Below, piece after piece: positions 23,765-32,442 of a stretch of 64,000 bases of DNA. This DNA is from Polyangiales bacterium (GTDB taxonomy: Bacteria > Myxococcota_A > Polyangia > Polyangiales > Ga0077539). The notes beneath the pieces are model-generated. The model saw only the letters and a program-made list of their open reading frames with translations. It was not told the origin of the DNA and did not search any database. A program made the translations under genes and the position numbers. The stretch is taken from positions 91,947-155,946 of the forward strand of contig JBGARZ010000009.1 in NCBI GenBank assembly GCA_044229975.1, written 5' to 3'. The stretch's first letter is position 1. Each line of letters starts with the position of its first letter.

Positions 23765-24451
23765 ATGCGATCCACCCTGGTCCGTTGGCTCACCCCAGAG
23801 CGCCGCCGCGTACTGTGGGTGCTGCTCGCCTCGGTGGTGTTTCGCTACCTGTGCGTGAAGCTGATGATCGCCCTGTCGCTCTGGGCCGAGCGGCAGCCCG
23901 CGCCCACGTTGGCCGACGCCCTCGTCGACCGCATCCCGCTCGTCCCGTGGATGGACAACGTCAACTACCTCGTGTGGGGTCTCGGGTTTGTTCCGGTGTC
24001 GCTGGTGATGCTCTTCACCGACCCGTCGCGCTACGCCCGCTACTCGGTGACCGACGGCATCCTCTCCGCCGTGCGCGGGTGCTGCGTGGCCGTCACCAGC
24101 CTCGGCCCCGTGCGCGGGATGAACCACGCCGCGGCGGTCGCAGCCAACACCAACGGCCTCACCATGGCGGCGGCGCCGGTCAACGGTGCGCTCGCGGAGT
24201 CCAGGCAGCTCTTCCTCACGCACGACATGTTCTTCTCGGGTCACACGGCGACGACGTTCTTGCTGCTGCTGTACGTGATGCGCGCGCCACGGCTGCGGGC
24301 GGCGATGGTCGTCACGCACGTCGCGGTGGTGGTGACGCTGCTCTTCGGTCACATGCACTACACCATCGACATCATCGGGGCGTGGGCGGTGACCTTCACC
24401 GTGTTCTGGCTGCGCGAGGGCGACGTGCGGGCATTCCTACGCGGCGGGTGA
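23765..24451 (+). CDS. PAP2-superfamily membrane protein (sphingomyelin-synthase-like PAP2_C)
   Basis: About 228 aa, multi-TM. Catalytic motifs FFSGHTATTFLLLLY and HYTIDIIGAW (SGH...HxxxD). 3' end overlaps the convergent kinase gene by about 15 nt. Confidence 0.6.
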   Translation: MRSTLVRWLTPERRRVLWVLLASVVFRYLCVKLMIALSLWAERQPAPTLADALVDRIPLVPWMDNVNYLVWGLGFVPVSLVMLFTDPSRYARYSVTDGILSAVRGCCVAVTSLGPVRGMNHAAAVAANTNGLTMAAAPVNGALAESRQLFLTHDMFFSGHTATTFLLLLYVMRAPRLRAAMVVTHVAVVVTLLFGHMHYTIDIIGAWAVTFTVFWLREGDVRAFLRGG

Positions 24452-26395
24452 CCGGCGGGCGCGCAGCCAGCCGAAGTACATCCCCAGGAGGATCATCCCG
24501 TTGGTCCCGACGCCGTACCAGAGGAGCGCGCGGGCGGGCACCAGCACGGTGGCGACGGAGCACAGGCCCGTCCACACCGCGAGCCAGCCGAGCCACGGGC
24601 GGATGGTCACGGCGCCGATGGTGTTGAGGGCCGCGAGCACCACGAGGTCGCCCCCGATCACGGTCGGGATCGACGTCTGCCCCGTACGCCACGCCACCAG
24701 GCGGTGCGCGAGGGTCGTCACGACGCACACCGCCGCGAAGGCCGCGAACTGCCGGCTGATGCGGTTGACCATCAGTCCGCGCCTTCCGACGAAGAGCCCC
24801 AGCAACACCAGCGACGCCATCCCGGCGTTGACGAACACGAGGTGCCCGATGCCCGCCCGGTCGGCGCTCGGCGCCCAGAGGCGCACGAGCACGGTCACCA
24901 CCGACCCGGCCATGACCACGCCCAACAGCGGCGCCCGCGCGCCGAGTCCCTGGGAGATGTCCGTCTCCCTCGCCTCTTCGACGGCGGCGGCCTCGCGTTC
25001 GCGGCGCAGTCGTAGCGCCTCGGCCAGCGCGGCGAGGCGCTGCTCGGTCGACGCGTCGCGGTCGCCGAGCTCGTCGGCGAGGGCGCGGGCGGCGTCGAGG
25101 TTCTCGCGCGCGAGCTCGTGCTCCAGGAGGAGCCGCAGGGTGTGCCCGAGGCCGTCGCGCGCGCGGATGTTGCCGGGCCAGACTTCGAGCGCCTGCGCGA
25201 AGCCGAAGCGGCACTCGATGGCGAGGCGGTGGATGCGCGCCGGGTCCGGCCCCGACGCGCGAGCGGTGAGGTCGCGGAGCACCGCGAGGCGCACCGTGGC
25301 GGAGGCGGCCAGCGTGAGGCTGGCGCGGTGGCGGACGTACTCGGTGAGGCGACGACGAAACTCCAGGGCGCTCTGCGGGCGGCGCTCGGGGTCGGGGTGC
25401 GTCGCCTGGTTGCAGAGCTCGGCGAGCTCGACCGGGACGTCCGCGCCGTACTCCACCGGCTGCGAGAGGTGCGCCGCGAAGAGCACGGCGTAGATGGTCG
25501 CCCCGAGGTGGCGATTGGTACCGGTGAGAACGGCGTGGAGCGTCGCGCCCAGGAGGTACACGTCGGTGCGCGCGTCGACCTTCGACACATCCCCCGCGAC
25601 CATCTCCGGAGCCATGAACGCCGGGGTCCCGCGGATGGACGGAGCCTTCCCCTCTGGGCGCTCCGCGGGGCGATCGCGGTCGAGCCGCGCGGCGATGCCC
25701 CAGTCGACGAGGTAGACCTCGCCGAAGGCGCCGACCATGACGTTTTCGGGTTTGATGTCGCGGTGCACGACGCGGCGCGAGTGGGCGTAGTGGACCGCGT
25801 CCGCGACCCGGATGAGCACCTCGATGTTGGCCGTGGCGCGATCACCGTGGGCGTCGAGGAGGGGCGTCCACGCCGGGTGGTCGGGGCTCTCCAGCAGGGT
25901 GCACCAGCTCGTCCCCTCGACGCGCTTCATCACGAGCACGGGCCGGCCCTGGTCGTCGCGCCCGAGGGCGTGCACCGGGACGATGTTGGGGTGCTCGACG
26001 CCGCCCATCACCACCGCCTCGCGGAGCAGCGCGAGCGCCCCGTCGTGGTCGGCCGTCTCGGGCCGGAGCACCTTCACCGCGACGTCGCGGGCGAGCGAAC
26101 GCTGGCGCGCGAGCAGCACCTTGCCCATGCCGCCTTCGCCGAGGGTTCCGACGACGCGGAGGTCGTGCGTGCCGGGGTCGCCGTCGACCGCATCGCCGAC
26201 AGCGTCACCGCTCGTCGAGAGGTCGAGGGAGATGGAGGGCAGCGGCGGCGGCGTGAACGAGGCCGCCGGAACAACGGGCGGCGCGGCGGTGGCGGCGAAG
26301 GTGCGCGCGGTGACCGTCTGCCCGAAGGCCACCACGTCCTTGATCTGGTCGAGGTGGTGCTCCTGCCAGAGGGTCTCGAAGTCGTCGGTGGACAT
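24437..26395 (-). CDS. Ser/Thr protein kinase with C-terminal polytopic membrane domain
   Basis: 652 aa from the ATG at 26395 (MSTDDFETLWQ...). Kinase motifs GEGGMGKV, VAVKVL, HRDIKPENVMV, DWGIA and APE are present. Six or more TM helices follow after residue ~480. Confidence 0.85.
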   Translation of the reverse strand: MSTDDFETLWQEHHLDQIKDVVAFGQTVTARTFAATAAPPVVPAASFTPPPLPSISLDLSTSGDAVGDAVDGDPGTHDLRVVGTLGEGGMGKVLLARQRSLARDVAVKVLRPETADHDGALALLREAVVMGGVEHPNIVPVHALGRDDQGRPVLVMKRVEGTSWCTLLESPDHPAWTPLLDAHGDRATANIEVLIRVADAVHYAHSRRVVHRDIKPENVMVGAFGEVYLVDWGIAARLDRDRPAERPEGKAPSIRGTPAFMAPEMVAGDVSKVDARTDVYLLGATLHAVLTGTNRHLGATIYAVLFAAHLSQPVEYGADVPVELAELCNQATHPDPERRPQSALEFRRRLTEYVRHRASLTLAASATVRLAVLRDLTARASGPDPARIHRLAIECRFGFAQALEVWPGNIRARDGLGHTLRLLLEHELARENLDAARALADELGDRDASTEQRLAALAEALRLRREREAAAVEEARETDISQGLGARAPLLGVVMAGSVVTVLVRLWAPSADRAGIGHLVFVNAGMASLVLLGLFVGRRGLMVNRISRQFAAFAAVCVVTTLAHRLVAWRTGQTSIPTVIGGDLVVLAALNTIGAVTIRPWLGWLAVWTGLCSVATVLVPARALLWYGVGTNGMILLGMYFGWLRARRSPAA

Positions 26396-26614
26396 CGTCG
26401 GCGCGCGAGTGTGCACGAAGCCCGCGGGCCACCGCCACCTGCCGCTGCCACACCATTGGCGCCCACCTCCTCACCTCGTAGCGTCGGGCAGCGGAAGTTC
26501 CCCCTCCCCTCCTTCGACGGCTCTGCCTCGGACCTCTCTCGCTCAACAGCCGCCATCGGTAGCTCGCCGTCGCCGCCGTACTCGCGCTCACCATCACCAC
26601 GCAGGTCGGCTTGA

Positions 26615-27112
26615 TTCTCTGGCCGGTGTTCGGGGCGTTTCGCGGACACCATCGCTGCCGGCAGCCCGGGCACACACGTCTCGTATCTCGACGGTGCCTT
26701 CCCCTTCGGCGGTCTGCCGCTGCTCCCGCACCTCTCCCACGGCGACGGGCGCAAGCTCGACCTCGCCCTCTTCTACGTCGATCGCGAGGGTCACCCATTG
26801 GAGGTCGGCGGATCGCCGCTCGGCTACTTCGGCTACGTCCAACCGCCCCGCCCGCGAGACGCCGCGTGTCCGTCGCGCTGGTTCGATCTCCGCTGGGACC
26901 TCTCCGCGCTCCAGTCGTGGCTCATGCCCGACGCCCTCGATCGTGGGCGAACCCGTCGCCTGCTCACGGCCGCGCTGCGCCACCCCGCGATCGATCGCGG
27001 CCTCATCGAGCCGCACCTCCAACGAACGCTCGGTGTCCGCTCTCCGCGGCTGCGCTTCCAGGGCTGTCGCGCGGCCCGTCACGACGACCACGTGCACCTC
27101 CAGCTCCGTTAG
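26615..27112 (+). pseudogene. Protein-like ORF without a canonical start (possible gene remnant or TTG-initiated small protein)
   Basis: Frame is open from 26615 and translates to GSPGTHVSYLDGAFPFGGLPLLPHLSHGDGRKLDLALFYVDREGHPLEVGG...HDDHVHLQLR. The only in-frame start is TTG at 26798. It lies in a 960-bp gap with no other convincing gene. Confidence 0.25.
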
Positions 27113-27384
27113 AACCCTCAATCGACATCATTTTCGATATCTTTCATTGACGGCCATTTCGACATGGCGTACAAGCAGACCGTCGCCATGTCGCTCTCGT
27201 CATTCACCTTCGCTGCCCTCACCACCCGTCGCCTGCTGGGCGCACGGGGAGGGCGCGGTCGCGGTACCGGCCTCGGGCGTTAGAACCCTCCAGGGGTTCA
27301 CGTCCGAGGACGACCGGAAGGTTCGACGCTGACATTGCGGGAGTGAATCGCTGGAAACGGCGGTTTTTCCCGATGTCCGCGCGC

Positions 27385-27459
27385 GCGGGAGTAGCTCAAT
27401 GGTAGAGCGCCTGAGTGCCCCTCAGGCTGTTGCGGGTTCAAGTCCCGTCTCCCGCTCCA
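27385..27459 (+). tRNA. tRNA-Gly (anticodon GCC)
   Basis: Cloverleaf read by eye: acceptor GCGGGAG/CTCCCGC, D arm GCTC-AATGGTA-GAGC, anticodon stem CCTGA/TCAGG with loop GTGCCCC (GCC), T arm GCGGG-TTCAAGT-CCCGT, encoded CCA. Confidence 0.85.
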
Positions 27460-27481
27460 CGGCAGCGATGCCGTGTCCGTT

Positions 27482-27552
27482 GCGGCGCTGGTCTAGTGGC
27501 TGGGCCTCAGGCTTCCAACCTGATGAGGTCGGTTCGATCCCGACGCGCCACA
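27482..27552 (+). tRNA. tRNA-Gly (anticodon UCC); 3' CCA not encoded, one C.A mismatch in acceptor stem
   Basis: Acceptor GCGGCGC/GCGCCAC, anticodon stem TCAGG/CCTGA with loop CTTCCAA (UCC), 4-nt variable loop, T arm GTCGG-TTCGATC-CCGAC. Lies 22 nt after tRNA-Gly(GCC). Confidence 0.6.
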
Positions 27553-27726
27553 CTTCGTTCATCGATGACGGTCTTCATCCATGTACCGTTGGTGCCAATG
27601 GTCACATTGGTGTGCTTTATCAGGGTTGAGTGGCTGAGCTGAGCGCCGCTTCGCCCGCAGCGTATCAACCGCCAGCGTGCCGTCGCCCCTCTGGACGGGA
27701 GCTCCGGGATTCTGTAGTCGCAGCCT

Positions 27727-28077
27727 ATGAGCGACGCCGCCACCGACGTGCCGAGTCCCGACGGCCTGACGATCAAGCAGGCCCGAATCCTGGAGAGCTA
27801 CTACTCGCTCCGACAGCGCCTTCCCGGTCCGAGCATCGGGAGCCACGAGGTCTTGCAGGAGCTTCGGCGCAAGGGCCCGCTCGTCGACCTTCCGAGCGAG
27901 GCGTTGATCCGAGACGTGCTGGCCTCTCACGACCTACCGCGTCGACGGGGCGGGCGACCGCGCCTGTCGTCCAAGGAGGTCGCGCCGCCGGACGACCCTT
28001 TGGTCGCGTCGGCGAGCGGGGCGCCGACGAGCCCCGCATCGAGCAGTCGGTCGGGACGCTCCTCCTCCCGGCGCTGA
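27727..28077 (+). CDS. Transposase N-terminal (HTH) ORF of the IS
   Basis: MSDAATDVPSPDGLTIKQARILESYYSLRQRL... (frame 1). Continues into the frame-0 ORF around 28000-28077 via a probable -1 frameshift. Confidence 0.5.
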   Translation: MSDAATDVPSPDGLTIKQARILESYYSLRQRLPGPSIGSHEVLQELRRKGPLVDLPSEALIRDVLASHDLPRRRGGRPRLSSKEVAPPDDPLVASASGAPTSPASSSRSGRSSSRR

Positions 28078-29558
28078 TCGCAGGACCGTTGCAGGCGATC
28101 GCGGCGCAGGTCGCGTCGTCGCCGCGCGAGGTCGCACGAACGACGACGATCCTGAGCGCGTTGGCGGGTCGCTTGCTGACACGAGGAGGGCTCGCCGCCG
28201 CGTCGCGTGACGCGGGCGCAGAGACCCTGTTCACGGGGCGAGCGCGCCCGTACAGCGAGGCGTGGCTGCGGCAGGAGGCCGAGCGAATCGAGCAGGCGGG
28301 CGGCGCGATCGCGTGTGCGCAACAGGTGTTCGCGCAGGTGACTACCGCGGCTCGGGGCCACGTGGTCACGGCGTTCACCGACATGTTCGATCAGGTGTGG
28401 TGGACCAAGCGGCCCGCGCACGCCGGTCCCATCGGCCGTCTGGCCAACCGGTGCCTGGGGGCGGTGTACTTCGGCGTGACGACGGTGCACATCGCGCTCG
28501 ATACGTCGCCCGGCCTCACGCTCGGACTGCACCTCTCGGCGCACAAGCCCGCGACGCCGCTGTACGACGCCATCGAAGACCTGTCTGCCGACGAGGAGCG
28601 TCGGCGCTGGCTCCAGTCGGTGCATCACTTCGTCGTCGATCGCGGCGGCAACGGGAAGCGAACGCTGCGCTTCATGCACGACGCGCGCTTGCCGTACCTG
28701 ACGATGGCCCAGCGATCGACCGAGCTCCCCGCCGTCGCCGAGGCCACCGACTTCACCGAGTCGGGGTTGCCGTTGCGGGTCACCCCCGACCTCGACCTCG
28801 CGGGCGACGTGGCCCCGAACGCCGACGAGCCAGGCCCGCGTCGGATCGCCTTTCCCGCGAACCCTGATCGCGGCGCCGCGTGTGAGACGGCGATCGTGTA
28901 CCTCGTGGACGCCACGCTCACGCCCGACGAGCTGCGCAACCTCGACGCGGTTTACAAGGGTCGCTGGGGCGGCGGGGAGAACGTGCTCAAGGCGTGGCAG
29001 GCGGTGGGCTTCGGCGTCAATCGCAGCCGCCGCATCGAGCTCGCGTGCAGCCGCGGCGACGACGGCAAGTTGGAGCGCAGCGCGGCGCGGTACGAGGCAC
29101 TGGCCGAGACCCTTCAGTCGATCAACCACCGTGGGAGCCCGAAGGAGGCCCGGCACTTCGATCGAACGTTGATGAAGATCGGCGCCGAGACGCTCAAGGC
29201 GCAGCAGATTCGTGACAAGCCCACGACGAAGCACGTCCGCGTGGTCGATGGCACCGGCGAGATGCTGGCCAAGTGGCTGATGCTGCTGCTCACCAACGCG
29301 CTCGCGATCACGCTGGGTTGCAGTCGCATCCCGGCGGTCCGCACGATGACGCCCGCGCGCCTGAACGAGTTGCTGCTCGGACGAAGCACCATCGCGGCGA
29401 TCGGCGCGGCGGAGATCGCTCTCTACCTGGAGCCCATCCACGAATACCGAGATCGCGAACATCAGCGAGAGTTGGTGAGGGTCTTCGACGAGGCCGCCCT
29501 CACGCTGAGGGGGCGAACGTTACGCCTGCGCCTGCGCAAAACCCGAGGGATCGGCTGA
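28020..29558 (+). CDS. Transposase catalytic ORF (DDE, YREK-like motif YKGRWGGGENVLK)
   Basis: Frame-0 reading from about 28020 (RIEQSVGTLLLPALIAG...) to the stop at 29558. Candidate acidic residues HFVVDRGG and IVYLVDATL, plus Y-x2-R-x4-E-x3-K, resemble IS4/IS701/IS1634-type transposases. The upstream part of track ORF 27630..29558 is noise. Confidence 0.5.
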   Translation, partial: GADEPRIEQSVGTLLLPALIAGPLQAIAAQVASSPREVARTTTILSALAGRLLTRGGLAAASRDAGAETLFTGRARPYSEAWLRQEAERIEQAGGAIACAQQVFAQVTTAARGHVVTAFTDMFDQVWWTKRPAHAGPIGRLANRCLGAVYFGVTTVHIALDTSPGLTLGLHLSAHKPATPLYDAIEDLSADEERRRWLQSVHHFVVDRGGNGKRTLRFMHDARLPYLTMAQRSTELPAVAEATDFTESGLPLRVTPDLDLAGDVAPNADEPGPRRIAFPANPDRGAACETAIVYLVDATLTPDELRNLDAVYKGRWGGGENVLKAWQAVGFGVNRSRRIELACSRGDDGKLERSAARYEALAETLQSINHRGSPKEARHFDRTLMKIGAETLKAQQIRDKPTTKHVRVVDGTGEMLAKWLMLLLTNALAITLGCSRIPAVRTMTPARLNELLLGRSTIAAIGAAEIALYLEPIHEYRDREHQRELVRVFDEAALTLRGRTLRLRLRKTRGIG

Positions 29559-29774
29559 TGCTGGCGGTTTTCGAGGCCCACCACTCAACCCTGTTTATCT
29601 GACGAGCATCCGTCTTCGCCACGACCGTTGAGGTGAAGCGCGCGCTGGTGCGAGTCGATCGCGACGGCGGCACGGGATCATCCTCGGACCGATGAATGCT
29701 GGTCGGATTCGCGGCACCTGCTGGCGTTGCGCGCGGGGAGCGGGTGTAGCCTCGCGCGGAAGGGTAGCGGGGCC

Positions 29775-32390
29775 ATGACATTCAACCGACGAGCAGTGGG
29801 ATGGGCGACGCACGGACTCGCAGCGCTCGCGCTGGTGGGGTGCAGCGCACCTGCGACCGGTCCGATCGATGCGGCGCGGACATCGGACACGCCGACGACG
29901 GACCTCTCGGGCGACGACGCGACGGCGCGCGAAGTGCTGACAGGAACCATCGGCCCCGCAGGAGGTGAGCTGCGGGGCGCGGGGGTGGTGTTGCGCGTCC
30001 CGGAGGGGGCGCTCGACCGAACGGTGACCCTGCGCGCCGAGGACACGGGGCTCTCCCCGCCGCCTCCCTACGACGGCTACAGCAACGTCTGGCGATTCAC
30101 CCCCGAAGGGCTGACGTTCGCGCGCCCGGTGACCGTCTCGCTGCGCTTCCGTCGCGGCCCCGACCCGGCCGTCGCGTGGTCACGCGCGGGAGCCGAAGGT
30201 TACGAGTGGCGGTCCAGCGAGGTCGCGGGCGACGTCATCAGCGCCTCGGTCGACCACTTCAGCACCGGCTTCGTCGCGGCGCGCACGCCCGTCGACGCCG
30301 CGGTCCCGGACGCCGCGGCCGATGACCGCGCGGCGCTCCCCGACGTGCCCGACATGACCGATGCGCCCGATGTGCTCGATGTGCCTGCTCGCCCTGACGC
30401 GAGCTCCAGCGACGCCGCCCCGAGCGTTGATGCCTCCACCGATGCCGACGTGACGACCGATGTGCCCGCTCGTGAGGACGTTCCGATCGACAGTCCCCCA
30501 CCGACCTTCGACGCACCCATCGTCGACGTCGGTGCGACCCCTGACGCTGGCGTCGCCGAGGACGTCATCGCCTGCCGCTCCGGCGACGTCGGACCCGACG
30601 GCGGCGGCGACCCCGACCTCTTCCCGGGCGCGGAGATCATCCCTGACGCCCCCGCCTTGACCGTCGACTTCGATCGCGTGCGCACCGGCCTCAACGCGGG
30701 CCTGACGTGCCTCTCGGACACTACGGAGTCGCGAGACGCCGTGCTGCACTTCCGGCTGACCGAGTCCCGCGACGTGACCTTCAGCGTCACCGCCGAGATG
30801 AGCACCCAGTACACCTACGTGCAGCTCCAGCGCTCGTGCGTCCCCGGCGCGCCGACCCTCGGTGCGTGTCGCGTCGGGCGGGCGCAGACCAACTTCCGCC
30901 GAGCGCTCCCGGCCGGTGACTACTACCTGGTGCTGGGAGCGTTCGGGCCCCGCCAGAGGCACGCGGTGCAGGTCCGAACCGCTCCGCCGACCACGCCGCC
31001 GCCGGGGGACACCTGCGGCAACCCGATGGAGGTCACACCCAACGGCCCTCCCTCGGCTCTCCCTCCCACCAACCTCGGCCTCGACGCCGACGTCGGTCTG
31101 GCTTGCGCGACGCCCGCCGACCACTACGAAAACACCGACGGCGTCTGGCACTTCCGCCTCGACACCACCAGCAACCTCACCGTCACCACCACCGCCGGGC
31201 CCTCCCAGGTGTGGTGGCGACTCCAGCGCTGGGGTTGCGCCGTGGACAGCACCGCCGTCGGCTTCTGCACCGCCACCGGCGCGACCTCGATTCGCACCTT
31301 CGCGGGGCAGACGCCCGGCGACTACTACCTCATCGGCGAGTGGCGATCGGGCTACACGGGCAGCGTCGCGGTCTCCGTGGCGACCTCTCCCGTGACGGGG
31401 CGCCAGCGGGGCGACCTCTGCTCCGATCCGCTCGTGGTGACACCTGACGGGCCGCCTGTGAGCATCCGCCGCGACCAGCTCGCGGCGGGCGACGACCACG
31501 GGCTGCGCGGCAACTACACCGAGAGCAACGCCTCCACTCGTCGCGACGCCGACTTCGTCTACACACTCTCGGAACCACGCGACGTCGTGGTGACCGTCGA
31601 GGACACCGAGGGCACCGGGTCGACCTACTTCGAGGTGCACCGCCGCTGTGGCGAGTGGCCGCCCGACCTCGGCTTGAGCCGCCTCGACACGCGGGACTCC
31701 ACGCGCGAGCTGGTCATCCCGCGACAGGCAGCGGGGACGTGGTTCATCGCCGCGTCACTGGCCAATGGGTCCGTCGTCGCGACGGCTCGCGTGCGCACCT
31801 TCCCGGCTGGGACCTTCAACACGTACAGCCTGTCGCAGCCGACCTCGGTCGTGTGGACGCCTGCGTGCGGCGTCCCGGGCTCGACGGTGCTCATCGCCCC
31901 GGCGAGCGGGTCGACCGCGCAGATGCCGCTGCCCTTCGCGCTCCGGTATTGGGGCGTCGACATCCCGGCGGGCTTCTCGGTGAACGTCTCGCGCTACGGC
32001 CACCTGAACCTCGACGGCATCGTCACCTCGGGGGGCGGGACGCTGCCCTCCCCGACTGCCCCCAATGGCATCGTCGCGCCGGCGCCGCGCAGCGACTGGC
32101 GGGTGCGCGCGCCCGGCCTCTGCACGGTGGTGCTCGGCACAGCGCCCAACCGTCGCTGGGTCATCCAATGGAACAGCTCCACGGCGCCGCTGGTCGGGAC
32201 CGGCATTCCCGCCGACTACGAGGTGATCGTGAGCGAGGGGACCAACACCCTCGACTTCGTGTACGGCGTCAGTGCTGGAGTCGGTGCAGCGGGTCGCCCT
32301 GGCATCGAAGACCTGTCGGGTACCAACGCGGTGACCTGGGACTATGGCATCGACGAAGGCACGCGCATCCGCTTCACGCCGACGCGTTGA
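29775..32390 (+). CDS. Large secreted lipoprotein with ZU5-like N-terminal domain and repeated beta-rich modules
   Basis: 872 aa from the ATG at 29775 (MTFNRRAVGWATHGLAALALVGCSAPA; lipobox LVGC). N-terminus GELRGAGVVLRVPEGALDRTVTLRAEDTGL...YSNVWRFTPEGLTFARPVTVSLRF is ZU5-like. A Pro/Asp/Ala-rich linker follows, then two similar Cys-containing modules (...DYYLVLGAF... / ...DYYLIGEW...). Confidence 0.6.
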   Translation: MTFNRRAVGWATHGLAALALVGCSAPATGPIDAARTSDTPTTDLSGDDATAREVLTGTIGPAGGELRGAGVVLRVPEGALDRTVTLRAEDTGLSPPPPYDGYSNVWRFTPEGLTFARPVTVSLRFRRGPDPAVAWSRAGAEGYEWRSSEVAGDVISASVDHFSTGFVAARTPVDAAVPDAAADDRAALPDVPDMTDAPDVLDVPARPDASSSDAAPSVDASTDADVTTDVPAREDVPIDSPPPTFDAPIVDVGATPDAGVAEDVIACRSGDVGPDGGGDPDLFPGAEIIPDAPALTVDFDRVRTGLNAGLTCLSDTTESRDAVLHFRLTESRDVTFSVTAEMSTQYTYVQLQRSCVPGAPTLGACRVGRAQTNFRRALPAGDYYLVLGAFGPRQRHAVQVRTAPPTTPPPGDTCGNPMEVTPNGPPSALPPTNLGLDADVGLACATPADHYENTDGVWHFRLDTTSNLTVTTTAGPSQVWWRLQRWGCAVDSTAVGFCTATGATSIRTFAGQTPGDYYLIGEWRSGYTGSVAVSVATSPVTGRQRGDLCSDPLVVTPDGPPVSIRRDQLAAGDDHGLRGNYTESNASTRRDADFVYTLSEPRDVVVTVEDTEGTGSTYFEVHRRCGEWPPDLGLSRLDTRDSTRELVIPRQAAGTWFIAASLANGSVVATARVRTFPAGTFNTYSLSQPTSVVWTPACGVPGSTVLIAPASGSTAQMPLPFALRYWGVDIPAGFSVNVSRYGHLNLDGIVTSGGGTLPSPTAPNGIVAPAPRSDWRVRAPGLCTVVLGTAPNRRWVIQWNSSTAPLVGTGIPADYEVIVSEGTNTLDFVYGVSAGVGAAGRPGIEDLSGTNAVTWDYGIDEGTRIRFTPTR

Positions 32391-32442
32391 CCCGAACGTC
32401 GAAGGCGGCCGCGCACCACGGGCGCAACGTCGCTCGCATCGG

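Larger units (their letters stand above)
27615..29603 (+). mobile_element. Insertion sequence (~2.0 kb) with 13-bp perfect terminal inverted repeats (cagggttgagtgg); IS4-superfamily-like transposase
   Basis: Left end ctttatcagggttgagtgg (27615-27633). Right end ccactcaaccctgtttatctgac (29581-29603) is its reverse complement. Transposase ORFs lie between them. Inserted 63 bp downstream of the tRNA-Gly pair. Confidence 0.65.

Noticed and set aside
27108-27290. 13-bp direct repeat cgttagaaccctc flanking a 157-bp segment with a 40-codon ATG ORF (MAYKQTVAMSLSSF...)
   Set aside because: Exact 13-mers are expected by chance many times in 64 kb at this GC. There is no transposase or att context, and the small ORF has no support.
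27560-32400. Hypothesis that the IS plus ZU5 lipoprotein form a tRNA-Gly-integrated genomic island
   Set aside because: No integrase gene, and no direct repeat of the tRNA 3' end could be found downstream by eye. GC of 29.7-32.4 kb is host-like.
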